Positions 12,226 to 25,711 of a DNA stretch of 64,000 nt are shown piece after piece (within the stretch, counting starts at the first letter, position 1; every line of letters begins with the position of its first letter). This DNA is from Chara braunii (taxonomy: Eukaryota; Plantae; Charophyceae), in contig BFEA01000001.1 in NCBI GenBank assembly GCA_003427395.1, positions 2,780,017 through 2,844,016 of the forward strand, read 5' to 3'. The position numbers and the translations under genes are program-made. A model generated the notes under the pieces. The model was given only the letters and a program-made list of their open reading frames with translations. It was not told the DNA's origin and ran no database searches.

Positions 12226-13850
12226 GTTATTGTGTTGCGGGGGCTGAGCAAACGCATAAGTTGCAGGTTGTTCTGTCACACGCACATGTTGCTTGTTTAG
12301 GCGGAGCTTGACTACTCATAAGTTAAGTAGTCTGATTTTACGCTATATGTCATTATATGGGCTGACTAGCCACACCATAAGTTGGTGTGGTCTAGTTATA
12401 TGTGGTTCGTCGTTTGTTCAGGCAAAGGCTGAACCCCTCATAAGTTGAGGTGGTTCAGTTCCTTGTGTATGCCGAATGTTCAGGCTGACCAGCCTCACGA
12501 TAAGTTGGTGCGGCCCGGTCATACGCCTTATGTCGATTGTCTAGGCAAAAACTGACCCCACCATAAGTTGGTGTGGATCAGTCTTATGCCTTATGTTTAC
12601 TTGTTTTGGCAGGCTAGTCACACCATAAGTTGGTGTAATCAAGTCATGAGCCGTGAACGTAAGTGAAACCTGAGTATACAATCTGATATAACTATATACT
12701 ATGTATATCATTGGTAGGATGAACGTCATAAGTTGGGAGATCTAGCCATATAAGCCGGTAACAGATAAAGAAGAGGAGAAAATAAAATTCAGAGTATAAA
12801 ATTGAGTGGTAACTTCGAGCACGCTGACTCATCCATAAGTTGGGTAGTTGGTCTTATGTCGCTGATAACACAAACGACAGAGAGATGATATAAGACTTGG
12901 CTATTTTTCTTTCTAAACATAAGTTAATGTTTGGATGGGAAACCTCATAAATTGAGGTGACATGACCACTCGTCTGAAGACAGAAAAAACTTATGATTTT
13001 ACTTATTGAATGTAGTTGTGTTGCGGAGGCTAAGCGAACGCATAAGTTGCGGGTTGTTTGGTCATACGCGCTTATTGCTTATTTAGGCGGGCTAGACTAC
13101 TCATAAGTTGAGTAGCCTAGTTCTACGCTATATGTCATCGTCTGGGCTGGCTAGGTACATCATAAGTTGGTGTCCTGGTCGTATGCCTTTCGTCGTTTGT
13201 TTAGGCAGAGGTTGGACCCCTCATAAGTTGAGGCGGCTCAGTTATTTGTGTATGCCGAAAGTTTAGGTTGACCAGCCTCACCATAAGTTGGTGCAGACCG
13301 GTCATACGTCTTATGTCACTTGTTCAGGCGGAGGCTAATCACATCATAAGTTGGTGCGGTGAGTTTTATGCCTTATGTTTATTCGTTGAACATGGTTGTA
13401 TTGCGAAGATTGGGCGAACGCATAAGTTGCAGGTTGTTCGGTCATTCGCGCAAATGGTTTTGTCTAGGCTGGGCTGGACTACTCATAAGTTGGTTAGCTT
13501 GGTTCTACATATCACTGTTTGGGTTGGCTAGGTTTATCATATGTTGGTGTGTTCTAGTCATATGTCTTTTGTCGTTTGTTCAGGCTAAGGCTGACCCCTC
13601 ATAAGTTGAGGAGGTTCGGTTTTTTGTGTATGCCGAGCATTCAGGCTGACCAACCTCACTATAAGTTGGTGCAGCCCGGTCATACGCCTTATGTCAATCG
13701 TCTAGGTAGAAACCGGTCACACCATAAGTTGGTGTGATTTGGTCTTATGCCCTACGTATACTTGTGCTACCAGACTAGGGCACCATAAGTTGGTGTGGCC
13801 TAGTCATATAAGCTGGCATGTCAGTCACACCCATAAGTTGGGTTGGTTGA
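12226..13850. repeat. Array of ~25 hairpin units (~61-nt period) with conserved loop C-ATAAGTT-G, organised as three higher-order blocks
   Basis: Loops at 12255, 12317, 12376, 12439, 12499, 12562, 12624, (12727, 12834, 12918, 12946), 13041, 13102, 13161, 13222, 13282, 13345, 13421, 13484, 13538, 13600, 13660, 13723, 13784, 13832. Each is flanked by unit-specific inverted arms. Confidence 0.9.
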
Positions 13851-14266
13851 TCCTATGTTTTATGTAAGGAAGGGTAAAAGGGAATAACAAGGGTTTTTGA
13901 ACGAACTATGCGACCTGGAAAGGAACCTGAGGGTTGGCAAAAGATGTTGTTACACTCACATGTGTATGTTTTGGGGGACTATCTCTGAAGACTTTTTTTT
14001 CAGTAGGTTAGTTGCTTTAGATGTTCGCTAAGTGTTGAAGCTATAGGTATGAGAGATGGATGATGGGAGAGAAATTTGGAATAAGATGGGACTGACCTTA
14101 CTAGGAGTTAGGATCGGTGTTAGCTCACGATGTCATCTTCAAGAAGGCATCGTGGAGACTATCTCCGGTTCTAACTATCACGTAAGTGTCAGAAGTTTGT
14201 CCCAAGTATAGTTGTGTTTTGTCCTTGCATTTTCCGCTTTGTATAAATCTTGGCAGTCTCTTGTTC

Positions 14267-14380
14267 CTATGGGAAGCGCTGCCGAAATTTTACAGATCTG
14301 AAAGAGTTAGTCATTTTTTAACTCCTGAAAATTCTGAAAACACACTTTTCCTACGGGAAGCGTTGCCGAAATTTTACAGA
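14267..14380 (+). repeat. Two copies of CCTAYGGGAAGCGYTGCCGAAATTTTACAGA
   Basis: Direct repeats at ~14267 and ~14350. They resemble the GCTGCCGAAATTT motif I recall near the ends of plant gypsy LTRs, which suggests ~10650-14450 is LTR-derived (inference). Confidence 0.55.
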
Positions 14381-16191
14381 ATTTGGAGAGTTATATTATT
14401 TTCTGCTATGAGAAATCTAAAGTTTCGCCCTGTTTTGGGGAGATGATGCCATTGATACCAGTTAGAGGAAGGTAGAAAGGAAACCCAGTTGCGTAGCTAG
14501 GCTACGATATGAAACAAATTTTCCATTTGGCTCAAACGTAGTAGTGACTCTCTTTGGCATGTACTGTGATGCAGGGCTGCGAATTCGATTGAAGGCTTGA
14601 CTTGTTCGGCCTGATCCTACAGAGTATCATCTTCTGTTATCACTGATAACAGGTTAGTTGCTGATTCGTCGATTTTCGACTCAACTCCAATCCACTCTTG
14701 CCACTCAACCTAAAGGTTTTAGCCCTGTGGTTTAATTTGTTTCGTTGTGTTTTTACATAGACTTTATTTGAATGGCCATTTAATAGAGATGTTGAGTATT
14801 TTATTTTGAAAGTTGCACAAAGAGTGGGGCTTGTATGGCTAAAGCGAGGGGTGTGAGCGCAAAGAATGGTTGAAGTTGACCCCGTGTAGTGCATGAACTT
14901 TGGTTGAATCTTTGATGTGATTGCAAGTATGTTTGGTGGTTCAGACTTTGGATTTGACTGTCTGCGGTCACTTAAGTATGTATGTCTAAGAGGAGTCTCA
15001 CTGTGATTGTGAGAAGTGATCGTCACATATTTATAACCTTCTATATATATGTACATACATACGCGTTGAGTGTTCGCGCGGCCTATTTTGACCGTGTGCA
15101 AGAGCTAAACAGATTATGGGTTGAGAGAAAAGAGAGATTTCCCTTTTATCCCTTTATTTTTTAGAATTTGATAGTTGGACGTTATAGTTTGTGACAGCTG
15201 TCAAAGTCAAACCCCTTGAGTTCTCTCCACGCCTTGGATGGTGGAACTGGTTTTCAGGGCAATACGAGATGATTGTCACCACAGGTATGAACCTGTGTAC
15301 CACCCACTCTCCACAGGGTGCAGAAGAGGGTGTAGTGATCAACCGCCTTGGCGGTTGTCTAGCGTTGAGAGATTAACCCCTCAAGGCGCGTGTCGGCCGA
15401 CACTTGAATGTGGAAATGTGACCCCCGAGATCATCGAGTGTCGCATGATTTTGGGTACTACACAGTACTCCATCGTAACGACTGCTTGCGTATGCTTGCA
15501 TGGCTAGTCGATATGAGAAAGCCCTGCGGTCGCGTGATTTTATCTTAAGTTTCACGCACAACGCCCAACCGACTTCCATTTTAAAAGGTTATGGGTCGGA
15601 CACTGAAGGGACTAAGAGTGTTATTGTATTGTTTGTTTTGTGTCCTTCCGTGCGTGTGAGTGTTGTGGTGTAACGCGTGGTATGTAGGATGCGTCGTAGT
15701 CGACCGACGACGAGTCATGCTCGGGACCTCAGCCCCCCAATGCGTCGATTCGTGTGCGGGTCCGATTGAGGGGCGTTGACCGCGCGTACCCCCTATGCTA
15801 CAGCAAACGAGAAATGCCCTCGACCGGACCACCTCTGCGATTGCATATGAAAAGTTTTCGCACGTGGTTCGGTAGCACGGCTGGGATACACCCACCCAAG
15901 GGATGGTGACAACTCCCATGGGTGGAGGTAAGACGTGCCTCGCGTGACCCTATTCTGTCGTAGGGGCTCGCGAGAGGTACGGCTGGTGCACTCGGCCGGA
16001 GCGGCAATCCGCGCTCTACGACGAAGTCCTGCAAAATCATGCGTGACGCGGCCTGGAGGGTCCCCCTGCGGGACCGATGCGCTCGACAACGCATTTGCGT
16101 TATGTAGGACCCAGTTGGGCTTTCCCCCTGCACTCTAGCTTTTCTTCTAAATCTATAGGCCTTTCTCCACCCTATTCATAAAAGAATCAGT

Positions 16192-16268
<77 letters not shown>

Positions 16269-18048
16269 TATGCATACACACACACTCTCTTTTGGAGTTG
16301 TGTATAGCAAACATGACAAAACACAAACACAACATAATTGTTATTTTTTTCTTTTTCTTTTTCTTTTAAGCCCAGGTTGTTGTAGAGGTGGGATACTAGA
16401 CGGATGACAGCCACCCACACGACTCGCCCACTCGGTTGTCCAGATGAACCCCTCTGAAGACCCCACCCACCCTTCCTCTCATCTTTTTGCCCTGGTGCAC
16501 TCCCACCCCCCCTGTCCTACCCTAGTGTTAACCACCCAGGACCATCTTGGCAGGGTGACCTGAGCAGACAGCGGTTGGACGTATCGGGGCTAAGCAGAGA
16601 CTCTTACCCCCTGCTCAGCCCCGGTTGAAGCAGACGCGGTACAAGCCTGATTGCATGGGGACTTCGGGAGCTAGGTATGAACATGCCACTACAGGTCTTC
16701 ATGAGGGTGCACAGTGACTCTCATCTAGCTTAGTTGTGTGGTGATGATAGAGAGTTGGGTATCCTCCGTTCCCTCGTATGTCCCTGGATCCCGTTTCGGC
16801 CATGACACTCCCGACATCCCGTGCGAAAGAACTGCTATGCCAGCCTCAACCCTATGCTACGTACTAGGAGGATAGCCAACCCTAGGTCATGAGTTATGGA
16901 CTGAGTTTCTTATCCTTATGTTGTCTTTNNNNNNNNNNNNNNNNNNNNNNNNNNNNNNNNNNNNNNNNNNNNNNNNNNNNNNNNNNNNNNNNNNNNNNNN
17001 NNNNNNNNNNNNNNNNNNNNNNNNNNNNNNNNNNNNNNNNNNNNNNNNNNNNNNNNNNNNNNNNNNNNNNNNNNNNNNNNNNNNNNNNNNNNNNNNNNNN
17101 NNNNNNNNNNNNNNNNNNNNNNNNNNNNNNNNNNNNNNNNNNNNNNNNNNNNNNNNNNNNNNNNNNNNNNNNNNNNNNNNNNNNNNNNNNNNNNNNNNNN
17201 NNNNNNNNNNNNNNNNNNNNNNNNNNNNNNNNNNNNNNNNNNNNNNNNNNNNNNNNNNNNNNNNNNNNNNNNNNNNNNNNNNNNNNNNNNNNNNNNNNNN
17301 NNNNNNNNNNNNNNNNNNNNNNNNNNNNNNNNNNNNNNNNNNNNNNNNNNNNNNNNNNNNNNNNNNNNNNNNNNNNNNNNNNNNNNNNNNNNNNNNNNNN
17401 NNNNNNNNNNNNNNNNNNNNNNNNNNNNNNNNNNNNNNNNNNNNNNNNNNNNNNNNNNNNNNNNNNNNNNNNNNNNNNNNNNNNNNNNNNNNNNNNNNNN
17501 NNNNNNNNNNNNNNNNNNNNNNNNNNNNNNNNNNNNNNTTTTTTTTTTTCCCATCAAAATAGGTTTCATAGCCCTTCGAATTAAACTCATATGACCGAGG
17601 ATGGGGACCTCACAATTCCACCCGGAGTTATCCTGGCAGCATCAGCCAGTTTAGCTTACGAGCCAAAAGCTCGCCAGTGGAGTAGGCTAGTCTAGGCACA
17701 TAAATGACCAAAACCAGGCCGCTGTCCTGAAACCCCTCCAAGAAGAAAAAAGAAACAGCTTCAAGCCTTAAAAGCCAAACAAAACAAAAAAAATAAAACT
17801 TACCTACCAAAGACCCTGCTAACAAATAGGCTGCCACAACCTACTAACTTTAATTAACTCTCTATATAACCATCCTACGCTAGCCTAAACTAAACAAACT
17901 ATCCTAAGTTCACTGTCTAAAACGACAGGTGGGACCTCCAGGGACCAAACCAAACCTCTGCTGGCACTCCCTCCACGAACTAAGACCAACTGCCTTCCTC
18001 CTGCAGATATCAACCGAGCACCCAAGTTGCTACTCCTAACTATCCTGC

Positions 18049-21000
18049 CTAAAACCATTTGTCAAACACAAGAATACCTTCTTCCAAACTCGCCAACTTT
18101 CCTCCCAATCCCCAGGTTTCGCCAAACCACCTTCCCGAGGTTTTCCTGCCTTTCCTTGCCCAATCCGCCTGAATGGTACGACGCAGAGAGGATTTAAATC
18201 CCATTCTGATTTCTTTGTTGGTCATCTCTCTGTTTTCGAAAATTTGCAGGTTACGTTGCTTCCAAATTACCTCCCATCCCACTGCCCTGGTTGCCTGGGC
18301 GACATATCCCCATCCTTTATGAAGATCCATGTTGTCTGGGATTCCCCCCAGTAGCACCCACAGCCTGTCCCATGACATACAGTGCCCTGAAATAGATTCT
18401 CAAAACTTTTGCCACCAGTCCCAAATGCATTTCGAAGTTGGGCAATCATACCAAAGATGGTTGGTGGATTCATATGCCCAGCCACATCTCTTATAGATTA
18501 TCTCGACTTGCATACCCCTCTGGAACAGAGTAATCGCTGAGGGGGTAGCAAACAGAGAAAGCAACCATGGGTTAACAGTTGCTTGCAAGTTCGGAGCCTG
18601 TACCAGTTGAGACCAGCAACGAGAAATGTTTTTTTCAATCTGGCTGACCTCACAGTCTAACACCTGTTTCCATCGTGAGGTAGCCATTTGAAGTGGGGAG
18701 CAGGTAGGACGTAGGGCATTATATCCCTGGGCTACCGAATACTGAATCAGTGGTAGATTTGCTCCTCCCTCACCTTCTCCTTGCCAACCCCACAATTTTG
18801 GGTCAACTCTTAACTCCATCAATGATTTAACCTGTGCAAACACTCTGCAGGACCACTCACCTTCCTCGTCACAATCTTCCCAGACTCTAGTCTGGAGTAA
18901 TGTCCCGTCCAATGGTGGATGTGTCTCATCCTCTTGGAGGGATAAAAAACTAGGTCTAGATAGGCCTTGCCACTGTTGGAGAACTCTTTTCCCGTTCAAC
19001 TCAATCCTCATGAGCTTCCAGAAGGAAGGACTGTTCGCCAGGGGTCGTGAAATATACCGAGTCACTAGGGGGTCAGTTTCTTTTGGACTGAAGATATGAC
19101 GCCAATCAGTCGGGATGGCTTGAATAAGCTTACTCAGTCTTTCTTCCACATACAAAACAGGGCTCAGCCGTGATCTCAGTTCTAACGGAGAAATCCATTG
19201 ATTGGAGAGGCTATCCCAGATGTCATTGTTCCTAAGTATTCCCCTTTCAATCCAATACCTGCCGAAGCTTTTGCCGGTCGAAGCGGCTGAGAAACAAGAA
19301 CCGTCCTCTGTACAGATATACGAGTTATCGAAGAGTGGTTGTAATAGGACTTCCATTTTCGTGACTGGATTCGACCAGGCGGTTGGCCTGAGTTTCCTCC
19401 AGGCAGAGATTATTGCTCTTCAGAATTTCGACTTAATTGTTCGGTTTTGATATGAGTTAAGCAATAAACACGTCCAAACGTCTGAGGGTCTACTCAAATT
19501 CCATTATGAGGCTAAAATCTCTTTTGCTAGGGAAACCCTGTGGGCATCCTCGAAGGAGCACATCGCTTTAATCATCCACCCGATGAGCATCGCAATGCTT
19601 TTACGCTGGGGGTCCATCGGTCCTAAACCACCTTCCGACTTAGGGAAGCATAACTGGTCTCAAGCGACCTTTGAAAGGAAACCTTCCCTCTCCTTAGCGA
19701 AAGGTTTCCAAACAAACCTGGTTGATCGTCTTCTAATCAAGGTACACAGGTTCCTACCCAGTGGTCTGACGGCAGCAATGAACCACAATAATGCAAAAAG
19801 GGCACAGTTAATCACCATAGCCCTGCCAAAAATTGATAGGTGATATGCCTTACCCCAAGTGGAGATTCTCTGCATGGTACGCTGTAGAAGGATACTCTCC
19901 TGGTCAATCGTACAGGATAGTAAAGCAACATGGACCCCTAAAAACCTCTCCGACTCCCCTGACTTTATTCGTTTCATTCCCCAGTTCACCACCGGAGTGT
20001 GTGGCGCAGGTAGAAAGAACACCGATTTCGACCAATTCACAGATGCTTCTGACAACTCTGAGTATTCGTCCAAACAAGACTTTAAAGCAACCATAAAAGA
20101 CTCGGTGTTTTCGGAGATTGCAAACAAGTCGTCGGCCCCTTTACCTTGCATTGAGAGTTACCTGCTTTCAGACCCCTAATTTCTGGCTTTGCTCTTATGT
20201 TACAAAGGAGGTTTTCTATTTGCAGGACAAACAAGAGAGGGGCCAAGGGACAGCCCTGGCGTAGTGATCTGGTTAGAGCGAAGGGCTCTGAGATATTGTC
20301 GTTCACCATTACTGCCGCTGTTGACTTTGAATATAAGGCGATCACCCATTTACACAGGTTTTCCCCAAAGCCCAGATGTCTGAGTGTAGACAGGACATAC
20401 GTCCAGTTTACACGATCGTAAGCTTTCTCAAGATCCAACATAAGTATCATGACATCTGCCGATGTATTCTCCACTACTTCCAGGGATTCAATGGCCGTTA
20501 CTATATTGTCAAATATAAAACGGCCTTGCACGAAAGCTGCTTGATCTTTGTTCACCAAAACAGGCAGGTATCGGCCCAACCTCCTTGCCAAGACTTTGGC
20601 CAGGAGTTTATATGACACGTTTAGTACGAAAATTGGTCTCCAATTTCTTATTTCGGACCGATCGCCTTTTTTGTATAACAGGGAAATAATCCCATTTCTC
20701 ATTCCCTTTGATAGGCTTGTTCCCAACAGAGCCTGATTATAGATGTCCACAAGGTCTTCTTTAATTGAATCCCAGATCAGTAAGTAGAGCTCAACGGAAA
20801 GGTTGTCATCCCCTGGGGCTTTTCCCTTGGCCATAGAGCAAAGAGCTTCCCAGGCTTCATCCACTGTTACCGGGCGGTCTAGATCCAACTTACCATGTGC
20901 AGAGAGTCTAGCTGTGAATGAGGACCAATGACTAGAACCGTCAGTAAGATCCGCAATAATTTCTTTTTGTGGCCTTCTAGTCGTAAGGATATCCTGATAG

Positions 21001-22249
21001 TACATTGCAGCGTAGGAACACAACTGGGACTGATCACATGCGATTGGGAGTTCCCCATAAAAAAGATGCATCAATTGGCTCATAGGGTGAGACAGACGTT
21101 TCGGGAGCAGCTTTTGGAAGGACTCTCTAGACATTCGATCGTATACTTCAATTTCTTTGACCTTCAAACATTCTGACCACAACTCTGACTGTTCCTGCTG
21201 ATAAGAATCTCACTCAACCATCCGTTTTTCCCTCACTGGGCCCCAGACCAAATTTGAGATGGGATGAAGATTCATCCTCGACTCTGCATATTCGATTTTT
21301 TTAATCATGGCTTTTTCCTGGTTCTTTCGTCCAATTGCCAAGATCCATGAGAAGAGACTCAGATGACTTGAGAAGATGCGAGAACCAGCATCCCACCAAT
21401 CTGCCTTTGAGGGGAAGGAGTCAGCATTCTTCTTCCAATCATTCCAAAATCTTTCCATCCAATCAATTACACCGGGATCCTTGAGGATCTGAGTATTGAC
21501 TCTAAAATAGCCCGGGCCCCTCTCTGGTTTCAAGAAATTAAAGCTAGCCCAGACCGGTTTATGATCTGAAAGAGTCTGTGGGCACTTTACGATGTCTATC
21601 GTGGCATTCCATGCAGCAGGAGAAAGGAGGAAAAAATCTAACCTTCTGCGTATAGTACCTACCCCCTCCCGCACATTAGAGAACCAAGTGTAGCCCGGTG
21701 TTTCCGGATGGAGTAAGCTATGGGGTTCAATTAAGTCCATTTCGGACATTACATCTAACAACGCTTTTACATCTGGATTGCCCCAAATTGACTCATTCCT
21801 GTGCAATGAAGAATTCCAATGCCCAGCAAGGACAAGATGTTCACAGTCTAGGATAACCAGAGGAAGGTCTTCGAAAAATATTCTTCGTTCCCGTAAGTCC
21901 GTTGGAGCATAAATACTGGCGATTACCCATTCTTGACCCTCTATCCAGAGTTTTATCCAGGACCATCTTCCCCAAAGGTCAGCAAAAAAATCAACAATTT
22001 CCGCTTGGAGGTTTCGATGAACTAAAATAGCAACTCCCCTCGTGAGCCTCTGGCCGGGGACCAGATCTGTGGGCCGTCCCACCATGCACCCAAGGCTTCT
22101 ATCTTAGACTCCGACAGTTTGCACTCCTAAAGACACATGATATCGATCTTCTTTTCGTGAATCCAGCTCTTGAGCCTTCCTTTCTTATTCCTAACCGATG
22201 TGTCTCCCAACCCGCGAATATTCCATGAGACAACATTAAGCCTGCCCAT
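18049..22249 (-). pseudogene. LINE ORF2: AP endonuclease, reverse transcriptase and zinc finger
   Basis: Starts MGRLNVVSWNIRGLG, overlapping the ORF1 stop. Endonuclease motifs SIYAP, LAGHWN, YTW, RLDFFL, SDHKP. RT motifs KAPGDD, NWRPI, LDLEKAYDRV, LRQGCPLAP, with a frameshift at the (Y/F)ADD motif near 20135. C-terminal KRC...ESTNHLWYDC. Confidence 0.93.
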
Positions 22250-24393
22250 TACGGGCAGAGGCTCCAGTCGGTTGGATCTGGGAGGAAGAGGAAGAAGGTC
22301 CTGCCATTACCTGAGGCCAGGCGGACACCAAGGCCTGTTTGAGAAACTGCGAGTTAAGTTTCTTGTCCTTTCCCAGTTTTGCGTTCAATTCAAACAGGAA
22401 TTCGGCGGATAACTCCGGAGACACTTGAACCCTCCGAAGATCGGATTTGCTACCCTCTGTGAACCAGGCTAGTGGGAGCAGCCGAACCCCTTCGGTCTCG
22501 AGATGCTCCAACTGACCTGGATGGAAGCAAGCATCAAAGAGAGGGGAGTAATACTTAGCCCTTGTGTCTACCAGAAACCGGGGCATGAAGATCTCAACGA
22601 TGATACGCATGGAAAGCTTATTCTGAAACAAATTCCTTGCAAGTGTTTCGGAGGCAAACGACATCGGAGATTCCGGACAATTCATATTAAATAACATCGG
22701 GATACCATCCGGTCCCAGCTAAGCAATTATCCAGATTGAATCGCGAACGAAGGAACAAACTATCGGTAGGAGCTTGGTTTCCATAACCGATTGTCCTTTG
22801 GACAGGGAATACATTCGGGCATGAGTAGATTTGCGCTTACCTGCCATTGACGAGGGAGTGCCAGAGTTGAACGAACCTTCGTTCGAGCTGCTCGAGGCTT
22901 CTGCACGAACCTCATCAACCCGGATCTCAATACCACCTCCTTCCGAAATCCGCCTTTGTTTCCCGGCGGATTCACCTCGGGATCGGCTTCCACTGAATAC
23001 TTGCCCCTGTCCTCCCACAAGGGGGGGGGGGAGGAGGTATTGAGCTGCCATTCCCAAGTTGCCTGGTTGTTGCCTAGACAACGTACAAGTCCAGCCTTGA
23101 CTCCAAGGAACAAAGGCGTGAAGGTTCGTGAGAGACGGGCTTGCGCCCAACTGAGACCCCATCTGTTGACCTATCGGCTATTGCATAGCGAATGGGTGCG
23201 GGGGTATCCCTTGCAGAAAGAACAACCATCCGCCCGGTACCATAAACCAGTACCATGACCGGATTAGTTGCGCCAACTTGGGATGCATGGAGATTACCGA
23301 CCGCTTGATGTGCTGGTACACCTCCTGGTGAGAACATTGGATTGCTATGTAGGTTGACTCCTGCCGCAACACTTGATCCTGCCGGGGCCGCTGACGAAGC
23401 CGCATTACCTTGTGGCTGTTGCTGAAGACTTCCTCCCGGGGCGCGAAGCGAACCTTGGTGAAGCTGCTTTGCGCTGCCAGCTCGAGCGTTGAACGTAGGC
23501 TGCTGACTGTTGGAAGACCCACCTCGAGTTCAACGACTCGGTCTCCTACAGGTATCCTCCGTATGGAAAAAATTGCGGCATCTTCCGCACCACTCCGTGT
23601 CGGCATTTGCCAACCTGACTTCCAGCATGTCTCCTTGGTGTGTTTGAATCCAAATCTTGTCTTTCATGCAATCTCTCTTGGATGGCTCGATATCGAAACG
23701 TAGATTCACCAACTTAGGATCCGTCTCGTCAGCTTCGGGAAGATGGCGCTTCAGGATTTTGCCGATGGCTCTTTCTACATGTACATGAATAAACACCATC
23801 TCATCGAGAGGGACTCCGACAACCACCACCCAAAACGTATCTTGATCTACCAACTTCCTCCAATCCTTGAGCTCTGCACGAGTCATCCATGGTTTAAATT
23901 CTGTGCGGTATATAACTCCCGCCAGTTCTATGAAGTCCGATCGCTTAGTGAGCATCCAATTAGTGACCTCTTGGGTTCTTGGGATATACGAAACCACGTT
24001 AGGACTCTCCACCTTTATCCTGCCCCGCTTGAAGTCTTGTCCAAACAATTCATCGCTAATCCAGCCATCTTCATAAGCTCGGATAGCATCTTCCTTCACC
24101 TTCCTTGGCAAAAACCTAGCCCCCTCTCGAAAGATTACTGTGACTGTCCTTCCTTTGAGCCACTTCACCTTGACTTCGTCCACCGAGTTGTTTAAGGTGA
24201 ATTTCACCTCTCTTCCATTGACTTCCATGACTCCTGGGTCAATGTCTGTTGGAACGATGCCTTCCTCGTAACAAGCTCTGACCATTTCCAAGACTCGTTC
24301 CTCCTCCATTCGATAATCTCCAGGTACTTGGCTCCTTGCCTCTTGGTCTGTTCCCCCCTGCAGGGGGGGTTCTGCTTCCATCTTGGTTGACAA
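22236..24393 (-). pseudogene. LINE ORF1 (frameshifted, long C-terminal extension)
   Basis: FKPW...FWVVVVGVPL...AIGKIL...NLRFDI...WCGRCRNFFHTEDTC, the plant L1 ORF1 pattern with CX2CX4HX4C. Continues in shifted frames to the stop at 22236. Confidence 0.8.
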
Positions 24394-24929
24394 CCAACCT
24401 TGCTTCGAGAAAGTTCTTCCCCTATTACGAGGCGGAATACTAACTAGATAGCAACAGAGATGTTACGTACTGCACGTATATAAGCTGAAACGTATGGCAG
24501 TGTAGACGGGGCAGGGCAGAGGCATCTAGTTGCTGACGTCACCAGCTATGGCCACCGCCATAGTCCCTTGACAAGGCAAGGGTATTGGGGCGTCACCCAC
24601 TACTACCACGTCGGAAATTGCGCCGCCAACCAGGCCTGCCGAAGTAGGCGACTTTACGACCGAGCGCCGTAGCGCCAGCGGTAACGACGGTCCGAAAGTT
24701 CATTCTCGTTGGTCCACGTTTGGTCGCTACGGGGTTTTCCGTAATACTATAATGACAAACATAAAGGCCTGAAAGGCCTTCCTGTCCAGATTCGACTCTG
24801 CAATATAGCAAGTTGTTATCCAGCAAGCCTGGTCGAAGTCAATGTTCTCTATTCCCTCCTTCCATGTATGTAGGCTGGGGGGCAAGTACGTGGGGTGTCA
24901 TGGCAAGAGCGTGCCCAGGAGAGCATAGG

Positions 24930-25040
24930 GCCGACCAGAATCGAACTCACACCCTTTCCTTTGTGCCCACAGAGCATGAGCGACCGGAATCGAACTTGCA
25001 CCATTTCCTTCGCTACGCCAGAAGCTAACCAACTGGATTC
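24930..25040 (-). other. tRNA-derived (SINE-head-like) sequence with duplicated B-box
   Basis: Minus strand reads TCCAGTTGGTTAGC (A-box-like), then GTTCGATTCC (24986-24995) and a second GTTCGATTCT (24937-24946). No full cloverleaf. Confidence 0.5.
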
Positions 25041-25172
25041 TCTTCCTCTTTTTGAGCTCTAACCGCCTACCGGGTCCAATCAAGGTGGGTGGAAAGCATC
25101 ATTTCTGACACCAATGTACACGACCGTCTCTCAGCAAAGTGCCATGGACCTCTATTCATGCTATATCGTTGT

Positions 25173-25336
25173 AGTGAACTTACCAACTCTCTTCGATCCA
25201 CGGTTGGGAACTACAATCTACCCACTTTCCCTCCACACGCACCCACCAACCGGAAGTGAACTTACCAACTCTGTTCGATCCACGGTTGGGAACTACAATC
25301 TACCCACTTTTCCTCCACACGCACCCACCAACCGGA
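25173..25336 (+). repeat. 82-bp tandem duplication in the E2 promoter region
   Basis: AGTGAACTTACCAACTCT...CACCAACCGGA at 25173 and 25255, near-identical. Confidence 0.9.
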
Positions 25337-25711
25337 GGCCGTTTCCTCCGAGCGCGCCACCTCTTTCCACCACCTGGTGAGGGAAGGGCACAAAGCCGCA
25401 CGATGTGAAACTCATCCTTTCAGCGCAGGGCGCCTCCGGCCGCACCTACGATTACATTACGAACTCGACAGCTCGCCACCGGATGCAGGCGTACGTGGGA
25501 GACGTTTGTGGAAATGATCCTTTCGGGCGCGCATCGCGTTTTGTCTAATGCCCGCCGGGTTTAAGTACCCTGTGTCGGTTTTGACGCGGTCGCGCCCTTC
25601 GTTGATATCGCGGCCACGCCATCGTTGAAGAGCCCAGCGCGGGCACGGCGTTGCAGGACAAGGAGGAGAAGGGAAAGGGCGCGATCGAGTTCAGTGACAA
25701 TTGTTGAACCC

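Larger units (their letters stand above)
17539..24420 (-). mobile_element. Near full-length decayed L1/Tx1-clade LINE
   Basis: ORF1 with CCHC knuckle, ORF2 with APE, RT and C-terminal zinc finger, ~500-nt 3' UTR, and a poly(A) remnant (T-run 17539-17549) abutting an assembly gap. Confidence 0.93.

Noticed and set aside
12226-13850. CRISPR array interpretation of the periodic CATAAGTTG motif
   Set aside because: The conserved part is only ~9 nt, the intervening sequences are related to each other and recur in higher-order blocks, there are no cas genes, and the context is eukaryotic.
10600-14450. 3' LTR of the 4788-10500 gypsy element
   Set aside because: I see no similarity to the sequence upstream of the PBS (<2910), and the integrase is cut by a (GA)n tract; more likely a separate element.
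14449-14460. Minus-strand PBS (TGGTATCAATGG)
   Set aside because: Only the first 8 nt match contiguously, there is no adjacent CA LTR end, and no gag is visible on that strand.
16889-17590. Long ORFs across N-runs (also 3058-3625, 39039-40352, 59579-59880)
   Set aside because: Artefacts of assembly gaps.
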